Of a stretch of 64,000 bases of DNA, positions 18,949 to 28,988 are shown in pieces. The stretch is from Caldilineaceae bacterium (GTDB lineage Bacteria > Chloroflexota > Anaerolineae > Caldilineales > Caldilineaceae). How positions within the stretch are numbered: the stretch's first letter is position 1; the number at the start of each line of letters is the position of its first letter. The stretch covers positions 35,827 through 99,826 of the forward strand of contig CBDBFE010000001.1 of the NCBI GenBank assembly GCA_965204705.1, in the 5' to 3' direction. Both the position numbers and the translations under genes were made by a program. The notes beneath the pieces are model-generated. The model was not told the origin of the DNA and searched no databases. It saw nothing but the letters and a program-made list of their open reading frames with translations.

Positions 18949-20130
18949 ATGGGTCAGAAGAAGATTGCACTCGCGCTGGCCCTGCTGGTTACGGCCCTCC
19001 TATTGATGCTGCGCCCGCCCGCCATCGAGGCGCGTGAGATGCTGCATTCGTGCGAGGTAACGGATGAGGCACAGGCGACGGGGGTCGCTATTGAAATCAA
19101 AGACGGCGAACCGAGCCATGATTTTTGGTGCGGCTGGCATGTGCGATACACGGCCACGGTCACGCATACGCCCACGGTCACGCATACGCCCACGTCACCT
19201 TCAACGTCGACTTCTACCGCGACGTCAACGTCAACGTCAACCGCTACACAGACGCTGACATCAACGGCTACGCGCACGCGGACGCCAAGGCCGAGACCAA
19301 CGCGCACGCGCACGCCGGTGCCGGCGTCAACGTCCACGCCGACGGCAACGCCCACGTCGACATCAACGGCCACGGTCACGCCGACCTACACGCCCGCGCC
19401 GGCATCAACAGCCACGCCGACGCCAACCCCGACCTCGATACCGGTCGGACCACTAGGTCCCGAACCGACAGCCACCCCGACTGCGACGCCTACGCCAACG
19501 GCCGCCCCGACTGCGGCGCCCCAGGGCGATCTGGCTGCGCCGGCGCTCACCGCCCGGGCCACCGTGAATACGGTCGCTATGCAATGGGAAGTCGAGCTGC
19601 AGTGGACAGAGTCACCCGCCGCAGTCCGCTACGATCTGTGGGTATGGTGGGATGAGGAAACCGGCTGGCAGCGTATCGACGGCGGCCACCTGGCCGGCGT
19701 CTCCTACACGCACGCCGGCGTTGTCTCCGGCCGGACCTACTACTACACGGTCCGTGCCGTGGGCGCAAACGGCGAAACCGGCCCGTTTTCAGCGTACGCC
19801 CGTGTGACCGTCTCGGCGCTGACAGCGCCAACGCTGCGGGCGGAAACGGGATCCGGTTACGTCACCCTCACATGGGCTGCAGTGCCCAACGCAGCCCGCT
19901 ACGAGCTGTGGGTATGGTGGGATGAGGAGACCGGCTGGCAGCGCCTTGACGACGGCAATCTGGCCGGCGCCGCATACACGCACACGGACGTTGCCGCCGG
20001 CAGGACCTACTACTACGCCATCCGCGCCGTGGGCGCAAACGGCGAAACCGGCCCGTGGTCGCAGTGGGCGCAAGCGGCCGTGCCTGCGTCCGCAACGCGC
20101 AGCGGAGAGGCGGCCCCGGTCGCGCTGTAA
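18949..20130 (+). CDS. Secreted Pro/Thr-linker protein with two FN3-like modules (family member P1)
   Basis: ORF track 393 aa. Signal-like N-terminus, EAREMLHSC…HDFWCGWH motif, long T/P/S/A linker, then two VELQW…[15 protein letters not shown]…GRTYYY.(V/I)[11 protein letters not shown] modules. Confidence 0.75.
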   Translation: MGQKKIALALALLVTALLLMLRPPAIEAREMLHSCEVTDEAQATGVAIEIKDGEPSHDFWCGWHVRYTATVTHTPTVTHTPTSPSTSTSTATSTSTSTATQTLTSTATRTRTPRPRPTRTRTPVPASTSTPTATPTSTSTATVTPTYTPAPASTATPTPTPTSIPVGPLGPEPTATPTATPTPTAAPTAAPQGDLAAPALTARATVNTVAMQWEVELQWTESPAAVRYDLWVWWDEETGWQRIDGGHLAGVSYTHAGVVSGRTYYYTVRAVGANGETGPFSAYARVTVSALTAPTLRAETGSGYVTLTWAAVPNAARYELWVWWDEETGWQRLDDGNLAGAAYTHTDVAAGRTYYYAIRAVGANGETGPWSQWAQAAVPASATRSGEAAPVAL

Positions 20131-20320
20131 CGCGAGTCAGCGCGCCCCGGTATCTACGCAAAACATTCGTTGCCGTGTCGTGCCGGGTTGATTCGAAATC
20201 GATGCGGGTGGGCACATGCCAGCCCTCTGCCCGCACGGAAAAATCCGCTTCCGCGCGGCAATCCCCTGCCTGCGTCCCGCTTGGGATCTGCGTGAGTGCC
20301 TGAATTCGGAGATGTAAGAC

Positions 20321-21931
20321 ATGGTTAAGAGACGACTTGCAATCGCTGCGACCGTTATGGTTGCGGTCCTTCTTATGGTACTGCCGGGCGCTACAGTGGT
20401 TGAGGCACGCGAGATGTTGCATGGTTGTTTTTGGATACTGGAACCAGATATTTTTTATTATGATGGTCACCCGGAGCATGATGAACAATGCGGCATGCAC
20501 ACACCTACGCCTATGCCCACGGTCACGCCTACGCCCACAGCCACAACGACACCACCGACGCAAACTCCCACAGTCACGCCTACGCCAACAGCCACAGCGA
20601 CACGCAGACCAACGCGCAGGCCTAGACCGACTCGGACACGGACGCCAACTCCCACTGCGACGCCTACCGTCACGGAAACAGTGACGCCAACTCCCACTGT
20701 GACGCCTACGCCAACGGCCACCCCAACGCCGACGACCTCCGCGATGTTTGGCGCGACGCCGACAGCAACCCCGGCTGCGGGGGGCGCCCAGGGCGATCTG
20801 GCTGCCCCAACGCTGACGGCTCGGGCCAATGTGAACGCGGTCGATATGCAGTGGACAGTCGAGCTGCAATGGACCGCGGCGCCCGCTGCAGTCCGCTACG
20901 ATCTGTGGGTGTGGTGGGATGAAGAGACCGGCTGGCAGCGGCTCGACGACGGCAACCTGGCCGGCGTCTCCTACACGCACACCGACGTTGTCGCCGGCAG
21001 GACCTACTACTATACCATCCGCGCCGTGGGCGCAAACGGCGAAACCGGCCCGTATTCGACGCACGCGCCTGTGACCGTGCCGGCGCCAACGCCAACCCCG
21101 ACCTCGATACCGGTCGGGCCACCAGGTCCCGAACCGACAGCCACCCCGGCTGTGACGCCAACGCCGACAGCCACCCCGACTGCGACGACAACGCCTACGC
21201 CTACGCTAACCCCGCCCCCTATACCGGTCGGGCCACCAGGCCCCAAACCGCCAGCCACCCCGACTGCGATGGAAACCCCGACTGCGACGACAACGCCAAC
21301 AGCCACCCCGGCTACGGCGCCCCAGGGCGACCTGGCCGCGCCGGCGCTGACCGCCCGGACCACCCTGAATGCGGTCGCTATGCAGTGGACAGTCGAGCTG
21401 CAATGGACCGCGACGCCCGGCGCAGCCCGCTACGAGCTGTGGGTATGGTGGGATGAGGAGACCGGCTGGCAGCGCCTCGACGGCGGCAACCTGACCGGCG
21501 CCTCCTACACGCACACCGGCGTTGTCTCCGGCAGGACCTACTACTACGCCATCCGCGCCGTGGGCGCAGACGGCGAAGCCGGCCCGTATTCAGCGCAAGC
21601 CTATGTGACCGTCTCGGCGCTGTCAGCGCCAACGCTGCGGGCGGCAGCGGGCGCCGGCTACGTCACCCTCACATGGGATGCAGTGCCCAACGCAGCGCGC
21701 TACGAGCTGTGGGTATGGCGGGGCGCGGAAACCGGCTGGCAGCGTATCGACGACGGCAACCTGGCCGGCGTCTCCTACACGCACACCGATGTTGCCGCCG
21801 GCCTGACCTACTACTACGTCATCCGCGCCGTGGGCGCCAACGGCGAAACCGGCCCGTGGTCGCAGTGGGTGGAGGCGGCCGTGCCTGCGTCCGCAACGCG
21901 CCGCGATGAGGCGGCCCCGGTCGCGCTGTAA
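20321..21931 (+). CDS. Secreted Pro/Thr-linker protein with three FN3-like modules (family member P2)
   Basis: ORF track 536 aa. EAREMLHGC…HDEQCGMH motif, TPTPT linkers, three FN3-like modules. About 110 nt of upstream DNA and about 70 nt of downstream DNA are also duplicated from P1. Confidence 0.75.
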   Translation: MVKRRLAIAATVMVAVLLMVLPGATVVEAREMLHGCFWILEPDIFYYDGHPEHDEQCGMHTPTPMPTVTPTPTATTTPPTQTPTVTPTPTATATRRPTRRPRPTRTRTPTPTATPTVTETVTPTPTVTPTPTATPTPTTSAMFGATPTATPAAGGAQGDLAAPTLTARANVNAVDMQWTVELQWTAAPAAVRYDLWVWWDEETGWQRLDDGNLAGVSYTHTDVVAGRTYYYTIRAVGANGETGPYSTHAPVTVPAPTPTPTSIPVGPPGPEPTATPAVTPTPTATPTATTTPTPTLTPPPIPVGPPGPKPPATPTAMETPTATTTPTATPATAPQGDLAAPALTARTTLNAVAMQWTVELQWTATPGAARYELWVWWDEETGWQRLDGGNLTGASYTHTGVVSGRTYYYAIRAVGADGEAGPYSAQAYVTVSALSAPTLRAAAGAGYVTLTWDAVPNAARYELWVWRGAETGWQRIDDGNLAGVSYTHTDVAAGLTYYYVIRAVGANGETGPWSQWVEAAVPASATRRDEAAPVAL

Positions 21932-22107
21932 CGCCATGCGCCCCCCCCCCCCGGAATCTGCGCAAAACATTCGTTGCCGCGTCATGCCGGGGCAGCGCTC
22001 ACGCCAGCGCTGATAAAATTCCGCTGGCCCGCTGCGGGACAGGCGGGGAAGCCGTTCAGAACCTGCAGCATCTGTCTGAATACACCCTGTTTTTCCCGTT
22101 TCGTGAT

Positions 22108-22285
22108 CTAGGTCCCGTTGCCAATTGGCGACAGCCACTTAAGAGCTGACAGATGCAAGCCCTCAGCTACCTTGCGCGACAGACCCTGACCGTCCGCGGA
22201 CCGGAAAGATCTTCTTCGCGCGCCTTCGCGCCTCTTCGCGGATCAAAAAAGATGTTCTCGGTGACCCTCCGTGGATAAGAAGCAG
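22108..22285 (+). mobile_element. TIR-element family C, copy C2 (left end + core, short payload; right end not recognisable)
   Basis: CTAGGTCCCGTTGCCAATTGG…CTTAAGAGCTGACAGATGCAAGCCCTCAGCTACC…TTCGCGG modules. Confidence 0.55.
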
Positions 22286-22447
22286 ACTGATTCCGGCCCA
22301 TATTCATGCGACTCACTTTCTGCTTTGGGTCAAGCCGCCGCCTTGTCAAACCGATTGTGCAGAAACAAACATCACCTGCCGGTAATCATGCTGACAAGTG
22401 ATGCGCCCAAGCCTCGTACTGCCAATTCTGAAGAGGGGTTATCGATT

Positions 22448-23632
22448 ATGCACTTCAAAAACGCAACGCGATACCTTGTCGTTGTATGTGCGTTAATCGC
22501 AACCGCTTGGGCTATTTCGAGTTGTGATGGCCCGGAACCAGAACCAACCTCCAGTCTGTCTGGTCGTGTAGGTCAGGCGCAACCAACATTCACCGCCACG
22601 TCAGAATACGTAGTCACGCCAACTGTCCCATCCACACCGACTCCGGAAAGTCAAACAACATTTACAGTCAATCGTGCTGTAGTGAATGTGCGGCAGGGTC
22701 CGGGAACGAACTTCGGGGTCGTTGACCAGGTGAAGGAAGGTCAGAAGTTTGACGCCAACGGCACAAACCGTAATGGAGACTGGTTGCGATTCTGTTGTGT
22801 CGGTGGTCGAGACGGATGGATATACAAACCACTGGTAATCATTGAAGACTCAGAATTACCGGTTGTTGTTGTGGCTATTCCTGCCGCCTTGCCCTCGCCC
22901 ACATCACCCCCTGCTCCCAACCCAACGCGGCCGACCCATACGGACTCCGATCCTTTGGCTGGTATTTTGATTGTTCCAGAAAACCGCTGCTCGCCATACG
23001 ATCCGGACGATTACCCCTACCCACAATCTGTAGAACCCCAAATCATTGCCCAGATGGGTGGGATTGTTTACGGACCGTACTCAGGTCGATATTTCCGCGA
23101 TCGTGGCGAGACCGACATCGAACATATTGTAGCGAGAAGCGAAGCACATGACAGCGGAATGTGTGGCAGAGATGCTCAGGAGCGGAGGAACTTTGCTCGC
23201 GACCTGCTCAACCTTACACTCGCAGCCCCATCTTTGAATCGCCGTCAAAAATCGGCTAAGGACGTGGCTGAATGGTTGCCGCAATTGAATGAATGCTGGT
23301 TTGTCAATCGGGTGGTTGAAGTTAAGAGGAAGTACAATCTCTCAATGGACCCTGGCGAGGCGGATGCTGCCAGAAGGGTATTGGCAAACTGCTCATCCTT
23401 TGAAATGATCATCTATGCCCGAACAGAATCCGCCCCACCACCAACCGCAACACCTGCCCCATCTGTGGACTCAGGACAAACAAATTGGTTAGCGTCATGC
23501 GATTCCAATAACAATAATCGCATAACGTGCGCCGAAGCTGAGGCTTGCGGGATAAGTCATCCAGTTCCGAGTTCACATCCTGCCTACCAATACATGAACG
23601 ACCGCGACAATGATGGACAGGTCTGCGAATAA
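22448..23632 (+). CDS. Secreted lipoprotein nuclease: SH3b-like + HNH/DUF1524-like nuclease + Excalibur Ca-binding domain
   Basis: Track ORF 22271..23632. Likely start ATG 22448 (MHFKNATRYLVVVCALIATAWAISSC, lipobox). VNVRQGPGTNFGVVDQVKEGQKF…GDWL (SH3b-like). TDIEHIVARSEAHDSG…NLTLAAPSLNRRQKSAKD..EW (H-N-type nuclease core). C-terminal DRDNDGQVCE (Excalibur-type DxDxDGxxCE). Confidence 0.65.
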   Translation: MHFKNATRYLVVVCALIATAWAISSCDGPEPEPTSSLSGRVGQAQPTFTATSEYVVTPTVPSTPTPESQTTFTVNRAVVNVRQGPGTNFGVVDQVKEGQKFDANGTNRNGDWLRFCCVGGRDGWIYKPLVIIEDSELPVVVVAIPAALPSPTSPPAPNPTRPTHTDSDPLAGILIVPENRCSPYDPDDYPYPQSVEPQIIAQMGGIVYGPYSGRYFRDRGETDIEHIVARSEAHDSGMCGRDAQERRNFARDLLNLTLAAPSLNRRQKSAKDVAEWLPQLNECWFVNRVVEVKRKYNLSMDPGEADAARRVLANCSSFEMIIYARTESAPPPTATPAPSVDSGQTNWLASCDSNNNNRITCAEAEACGISHPVPSSHPAYQYMNDRDNDGQVCE

Positions 23633-23643
23633 TAATCCTGTCA

Positions 23644-23865
23644 CTAGGTCCCGTTGCCAATTGGCGAAAGCCTCTTAAGAGCTGACAGATGCAAGCCCTC
23701 AGCTACCTTGCGCGCCAGACCCTGACCGTCCGCGGACCGGAAAGATCTTTTTCGCGCCCCTTCGCGCCTCTTCGCGGATCAAAAGGTGTTCTCCGCGCCC
23801 CTCCGCGTCCTCCGTGACCCTCCGTGGACAAAAAGCAGTTAGACCTGCTTCGTGCTCCTTCGACG
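23644..23865 (+). mobile_element. TIR-element family C, copy C3
   Basis: CTAGGTCCCGTTGCCAATTGG…CTTAAGAGCTGACAGATGCAAGCCCTCAGCTACC…, near-identical to C2. Degenerate right end TTCGACGAGAAACC. Confidence 0.55.
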
Positions 23866-23960
23866 AGAAACCAAAGCAGAAAGAACAGCACAGCGATCGC
23901 ACACACTATGTACTGACCTGGAGTAAATCTGGTTTTGGGCCCAGGCTTTTTGTCCATCTG

Positions 23961-24221
23961 TCAATCCAAGACCCAAAACATCAGCGACAGCCCTAGGGCG
24001 ACTCCAGCGATTCCAGATGTCGCCACCATGGTGACGAAACCCCAAACGCCCTGTTTCCGTTTCCATGTTTCAACTCCGAGATAGAGGCATAGGGGTCCGC
24101 CTGCCAGTATCAGGACCGCTACAAAGGTGCCTTGCAGGGCAAGAACTGCGTTGGACATACTGTAAAGCGCAGCACCCCAGTAGAATCCCACAAAAAACAC
24201 GATGGACGGCAACGCTTTCAT
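23961..24221 (-). CDS. Small membrane protein
   Basis: ORF track 86 aa, with three hydrophobic helices. In a tight minus-strand series with 24349..24663. Confidence 0.45.
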   Translation of the reverse strand: MKALPSIVFFVGFYWGAALYSMSNAVLALQGTFVAVLILAGGPLCLYLGVETWKRKQGVWGFVTMVATSGIAGVALGLSLMFWVLD

Positions 24222-24348
24222 GGTGTTCCTCTTGTACTTTTGGTTCGTATGGGGAGAGTTAAAGGGCGTCGAGGGTGGGACACAATCCTCGTCTTTTCAA
24301 CGATCCTCATCTGTATCAGGAGGATGTTCTGGATCAAAAAACCAAAAG

Positions 24349-24663
24349 TCAATCAACCAAATGCTGCTCGACCGAGGATATGTTGGCACACCCGACCACC
24401 GAACACCCTCTCGGAATAGTCCAAAAAAGAGCCATTGCGGAATAAGAGGCGTGTAAACCCCCCAAAACCATACGACCGTCCAGTTGATCAAAATACGGCG
24501 CAACCTGCTGCGCCAGAGGAATTCGCGCGAAAAAATGAGTAGAGAAGGCGACCAGGGCAAAGAGGAGGGCGCTCCAGGCCGCGCCTGTGCGCTTTTGCCA
24601 GACGATAGGGATGGCAATGTGTAGGCCGACAATCATAAAGAGCTTTGCAATGAGAGTGCTCAT
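24349..24663 (-). CDS. Small membrane protein
   Basis: ORF track 104 aa, with hydrophobic helices (LFMIVGLHIAIPIVW, WSALLFALVAFSTHFF). Confidence 0.45.
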   Translation of the reverse strand: MSTLIAKLFMIVGLHIAIPIVWQKRTGAAWSALLFALVAFSTHFFARIPLAQQVAPYFDQLDGRMVLGGLHASYSAMALFWTIPRGCSVVGCANISSVEQHLVD

Positions 24664-24749
24664 GGCGATTGGCGGTTACCCCTGTCCAAATGTATTACGA
24701 CCTGTTAAGAGCCGGTGGGAAAAGCATAGGTTCGTCCCTCGTTCACTGC

Positions 24750-25517
24750 TCACGGCTCGAGAGCGAAGGTCGCTTTCAGCATAATCGCTACCTCAACCTT
24801 CGACGGGGCGTTGGTCAGCGATCCCGCGCCGCCCAGAGTCGTGTAGACCGTGTAGCCGCCGGTGGTTCTCTGCCCTTTGAAGGCAATGCAGCCGCCTGCC
24901 GGCCGGACTGCGCTGGACGGTGAGACATCCTCCGAGACTGCGATGACGCGGCCAAGCGTCATTTCCAGCAGCTCTGCCATCTGCATCGCGCGCTGGCGCG
25001 CATCGTTGAGCGCGGCTTTCATCGCCTCCTTTTCCAGTGTTGCGCACGCCTCGACCAGGAAAACGATACTCGCCCCCTCGATGGTAGGACCGCGTCGCTC
25101 TACCATCTCATCCAGGAGCGTCTGCAGCAGCGTTCGCAGGTTGTCCAGTTCAGAGTAGGAAAAGGTTACCTCGCCGCCGTAATTTGACGGCCCGAAGGCA
25201 TAGCTGCGACTGAGAAAGTTGACCTCAATCACATCCCCGTCGACGCCCATATCGATGAGAAAATCCCGCACATGTTCCAGGTCGGCCGGATCGACAATCG
25301 ACATTTCCGGCCCTCTGGGACCGTAGTAGGGTTCGTCGCCGATATACAGAGTGACAACTACGCTGTCCGGAGCGGCCGCCGCTGTTCCATAGCCCAATAC
25401 GGTGACGGCGGTTGTGGGCCCGGGCGCGCCTTCCTGCGCCGGCCGCGCCGCGCGGCTCGTGGCCGGGATCAGAAGCAGTGTTGCGGCACACAGGAGGCCG
25501 AGCAGGATGTTTCTCAT
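24750..25517 (-). CDS. SIMPL/DUF541-family secreted protein
   Basis: ORF track 255 aa. Signal peptide MRNILLGLLCAATLLLIPATSRA. …EAMKAALNDARQRAMQMAELLEMTLGRVIAVSE… is the helix pattern I associate with SIMPL domains. Confidence 0.65.
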   Translation of the reverse strand: MRNILLGLLCAATLLLIPATSRAARPAQEGAPGPTTAVTVLGYGTAAAAPDSVVVTLYIGDEPYYGPRGPEMSIVDPADLEHVRDFLIDMGVDGDVIEVNFLSRSYAFGPSNYGGEVTFSYSELDNLRTLLQTLLDEMVERRGPTIEGASIVFLVEACATLEKEAMKAALNDARQRAMQMAELLEMTLGRVIAVSEDVSPSSAVRPAGGCIAFKGQRTTGGYTVYTTLGGAGSLTNAPSKVEVAIMLKATFALEP

Positions 25518-25546
25518 CAGAATCTCCTTTTCTCAATTGTAACTGT

Positions 25547-26282
25547 CAGGGATCGTTGACATTTGCCGAAGACCATTCAAAATGTGACAAACACAAGCGC
25601 TCAGTGACCCCGCAGGACGGAAAAGGCGCCCCTTCGCGGATCAAAGAAAGCGATAAAGCCGTTCTCCGCGTCCCTCCGCGGACAAAAAAGGTGTTCTCCG
25701 TGCCCTCCGCGGATCAAAAGCAGTTAGATATTCTCCGCGCCCCTCCGTGTCCTCCGTGGACAAAAAGGTGTTGAAGTTCTCCGCGCCCTCCGTGGATCAA
25801 GAGCAGTTAAGATGTTCTTCGCGCTCCTTCGCGTCCCTTCGCGGATCAAAGAAAGCAGTAAAGCCGTTCTCCGCGTCCCTCCGCGGATCAAAAGCAGTTA
25901 GATGTTCTCCGCGCCCCTCCGTGTCCTCCGTGGACAAAAAGGTGTTGAAGTTCTCCGCGCCCTCCGTGGATCAAGAGCAGTTAAGATGTTCTTCGCGCTC
26001 CTTCGCGTCCCTTCGCGGATCAAAGAAAGCAGTAAAGCCGTTCTCCGCGTCCCTCCGCGGATCAAAAGCAGTTAGATGTTCTCCGCGCCCCTCCGTGTCC
26101 TCCGTGGACAAAAAGGTGTTGAAGTTCTCCGCGCCCTCCGTGTCCTCCGTGGACAAAAAGGTGTTGAAGTTCTCCGCGCCCTCCGTGGATAAAAAGTAGT
26201 TAGATCTGCTTCGTGCCCCTTTGTGGATGGAACAGGTTTTGCCGTGGATGTCCCGGTTCAAGCAAACGTCAACGAGTCCTGG
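25547..26282 (+). mobile_element. TIR-element family C, copy C4, carrying a 174-bp higher-order tandem repeat (25620-26210)
   Basis: Left end CAGGGATCGTTGACATTT and right end AAACGTCAACGAGTCCTGG. The interior repeats with exact 174-bp offset (for example GAGCAGTTAAGATG at 25801 and 25975). It fills the whole gap between the SIMPL start (25517) and the channel stop (26286). Confidence 0.7.
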
Positions 26283-26285
26283 TCC

Positions 26286-27119
26286 CTACTCCCTACCCCC
26301 TGCCCCCTGCCTCAAACGTTCCTCCAGGCGGTCGAGCGTTTGCCTGGCTGAGCGCAGCTCCCGCAGGCTTTCCTCTGTCGACGCCGGCGTTTCCAACGGA
26401 CGCGGGCGCCAGCGCTCCTGTATCACCTCCGCCAGGTTTCTTACCACCACGGCTACGAACAGATTGGCTACGATATAGGCGCTGATGATCACAAAACTGA
26501 TGAAATAGACCCACGCCATCGGCTCTGCGCCGCTGACGGCGATCATGATGTTGCCCCAGTCATCCATCGTCATGATCTGAAACAGCGACAGAATCGAAAC
26601 GCCCAGGTTCCCCCAGTGTGTCGGGTCATGCTCGCCGAAGTTGTGGTACCCGACAATGCCGTACGCATAGAGGATGATGCCCAGCAGGACCACGACGTGC
26701 CCCATGCTTGGTATCGAGCGAATCAGCGCCACCAGGATCACGCGCAGCTCCCGGACCGTCGAAAGGCCCCGCAGGAGACGCAGCAAGCGCACCAGCAAGA
26801 CCAGCATCACATTGATCGTGAGGGCCGGCCACACCAATAGGGTGAGCAGCATGAAGCTGATTGCCAGGAAATCGAAGAGGTTCCATCCAACCCGGAAATA
26901 CCGGTCGACCCTTGGCCACAGCGCAAACATCCTGAGAAGCACATCCAGAAGGAGCGCTACCAGCGTCAGGAACCAGAACAGCGCCGCCATCCACAGCACG
27001 AATGGGACCAGGCGGTCGAAAGTCGTCACCCCCAGCAAAAGGGCGCTTCCCGCAATGAGAACCACCAGGATGTATTCAAACTTCCGCGAGTGGGCGATAC
27101 GGTGCGCTATCCCTCGCAT
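26286..27119 (-). CDS. Voltage-gated ion channel, single-domain BacNav/NaChBac-like
   Basis: ORF track 277 aa, six hydrophobic segments. S4 LVRLLRLLRGLSTVR (Arg every third residue). Pore LSLFQIMTMDDWGNIM. C-terminal coiled coil. Confidence 0.8.
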   Translation of the reverse strand: MRGIAHRIAHSRKFEYILVVLIAGSALLLGVTTFDRLVPFVLWMAALFWFLTLVALLLDVLLRMFALWPRVDRYFRVGWNLFDFLAISFMLLTLLVWPALTINVMLVLLVRLLRLLRGLSTVRELRVILVALIRSIPSMGHVVVLLGIILYAYGIVGYHNFGEHDPTHWGNLGVSILSLFQIMTMDDWGNIMIAVSGAEPMAWVYFISFVIISAYIVANLFVAVVVRNLAEVIQERWRPRPLETPASTEESLRELRSARQTLDRLEERLRQGAGGRE

Positions 27120-27733
27120 CTTCTCGCTCCTTTACGTCCTCTCATCTGATAGTTCCCGCGCTCTTGAGTTTTCCGTATTCGCCCGGTCCCATCTCCTCCC
27201 TGTGCAGACCGGTTCTGCGCCCATACCTGTTACGGAGTCATACAGGTCGCCGGTAATAAGGGCGCTCCGGTCATAGTCCTCGTCGGGTTCGTCAATCCAC
27301 GCCAAATAAGCCCTCTCCTTTCAGCCTCCCAAGCTGCCCGCCGCGTCCGTCCGGCAGGCCCGGCTGCCAACCTCACCTGCTCAGTCTGCGCCTGTTTATC
27401 TCTCTTCAAGCTTTTCGCCGGTTTTCTTTTCAGACCTCATCTATCCAGCAGGCCTGCAAACAGCGTCACGCTGCCCACTATGCAGATAGCCGGCAGCAGC
27501 CGTTCCATCGGATGCCTGAAACCGCCTGCGTTAAGCGCCCGATGCGCCATCTCCGGTGATCTGCGCGCCATCCCGTGTCTCCCTTTTCCTGTAAGAAAGC
27601 CCTAATGCCGGCTCGCGTTCGAAAGGAGCCCCCCGGTGAGATAACGTTGCCCTGCGCCGGCCGCGCCGGAACGCCGGATAGTCAAGCCGCGCTGGTTGCA
27701 CGGCCATGCTGACAAGAACCCCGCATATAACAC

Positions 27734-28153
27734 TTATTGCCCGCCCTTTTCCTGTTCGGCCAGCCAGGTCCACGCAATGCACCTTTCCAGGTCGCTTAAC
27801 TCACCCGCGATCCGGTACAGTTCGCTGCCCGCGCTGGTTGCCAGCTGCGCCTGCAGACCGACCGTGCGGACGCGCAGGACCGGCAGATCGTCAGGCCGCG
27901 CCGGCTGCACGGTCATGCTGACAAGAACCCTTTCGTCCGCGGCCGCATGGCCTATGACGACCGCAAGGCCGCCGTCCCTCAGTTCGCACCGTATCCAGTA
28001 GCCGCCCAGGACAGGAGTGCGCCGGCCGCTTTCGATAGCCTGCCTTAAAATCGGTGTCAGCTGCTCGATGACCCAATCGTCCACCTGGGCGCGCCCGCAA
28101 ATCAGCTCCCGGCGGCTTTCCACTGTGATATGCCGCAGCTCTCGTCTACTCAC
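27734..28153 (-). CDS. Hypothetical protein
   Basis: ORF track 139 aa. Start overlaps the stop of 28150..28455 by 4 nt (operon-like). A 40-bp piece of the gene (around 27895-27930) is duplicated at 27680-27720. Confidence 0.45.
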   Translation of the reverse strand: MSRRELRHITVESRRELICGRAQVDDWVIEQLTPILRQAIESGRRTPVLGGYWIRCELRDGGLAVVIGHAAADERVLVSMTVQPARPDDLPVLRVRTVGLQAQLATSAGSELYRIAGELSDLERCIAWTWLAEQEKGGQ

Positions 28154-28455
28154 TGTGTACGCCTGTCTGGTCTGTCGCCATGGCAGTACAAGCCGGAAGC
28201 GACCTCCCGTCCGGCGGGGGTGAGCCTGTGTAAGCCGGGACTTTTGACGGAAGGATGGCGGACCCTTTCAAGGTGCCCGCTTTCGGCAAGCTGGGCTCTG
28301 TACTTGGAAAGCTGGAAGTGTAGTTTGTTCCAGTCTTCATCCCAGTTGATCAGGTTGGCAATGAAGTTGGTGATCGAGACATTGTCTGCCTCGCCGCCGA
28401 AGGTTTCGTAGGCGACGAGCAGCGTACTTCTCCAGGTCAGCATTCGTTCGGTCAT
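28150..28455 (-). CDS. Hypothetical protein, possible winged-helix
   Basis: ORF track 101 aa. …LAESGHLERVRHPSVKSPGLHRLTPAG… resembles a wHTH recognition helix plus wing. This is a weak call. Confidence 0.4.
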   Translation of the reverse strand: MTERMLTWRSTLLVAYETFGGEADNVSITNFIANLINWDEDWNKLHFQLSKYRAQLAESGHLERVRHPSVKSPGLHRLTPAGREVASGLYCHGDRPDRRTQ

Positions 28456-28539
28456 TTCCTGCCCCCGGTCCTAATGGCGGGTCCCAATCTCTGGACCATA
28501 AGACGGCGAAGATAAGGCGCATCCGGACGGATTCGGCCT

Positions 28540-28635
28540 CCCATGGTTGCAGAAGTCGAAGTAGGCGGTCAGCCCGGTCTGCGCCTGCATCATTGCAGCC
28601 CCTGATGGCTATGCTGGACAGCGCGCAGTCCGGTC
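28540..28635 (-). pseudogene. IS remnant: transposase (rve-type) C-terminal tail fragment, copy 1 of 3
   Basis: The minus strand reads MQAQTGLTAYFDFCNHGRP, resembling the …YNH.RPH… tail of DDE/rve transposases. About 50 nt are near-identical to 30549.. and 31604.., followed by an imperfect palindrome. Confidence 0.4.
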
Positions 28636-28988
28636 CCCAGCGGTTCGATAGTTTCGTTGCCGCCTTTGTATCGTTGCTGCCTTCGATGCGGGCAGCGAAT
28701 ACCACCACACCATCAGTTCGTAGCGCGCCGCGCCCGGCCCGGCGTCCCCTGCTGCGCCGAAACCGGGTTCGTGTACAACAAGATGCCGGCAATCGCCGCC
28801 AAAATACCCGGACCGGCAACAAACGGCCATCTGTTCCGTCTTCGCAGCATCTGCCATCCCCTTTGGGAACGCCGGGTGTAGGGCTTCATGATCCAATAAA
28901 AGGACCTGTATCGAATAGCGCCGCGGCGAGAAAGTGGGAATCGGGCGTGAATGGAAACCGGTTCATATTCTGAGAACGGTTCGAATGA

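Noticed and set aside
19868-21064. 398-aa minus-strand ORF spanning P1/P2
   Set aside because: It is antisense to two genes and to their intergenic region, with an Arg/Gly/Cys-rich low-complexity translation. The plus-strand genes have signal peptides and FN3 modules.
18949-21931. Diversity-generating retroelement or retron explanation for the repeated FN3/PT sequences
   Set aside because: There is no reverse-transcriptase-like ORF anywhere in the window, and no template/variable repeat pair with a non-coding partner. The repeats are ordinary tandem gene and domain duplications.
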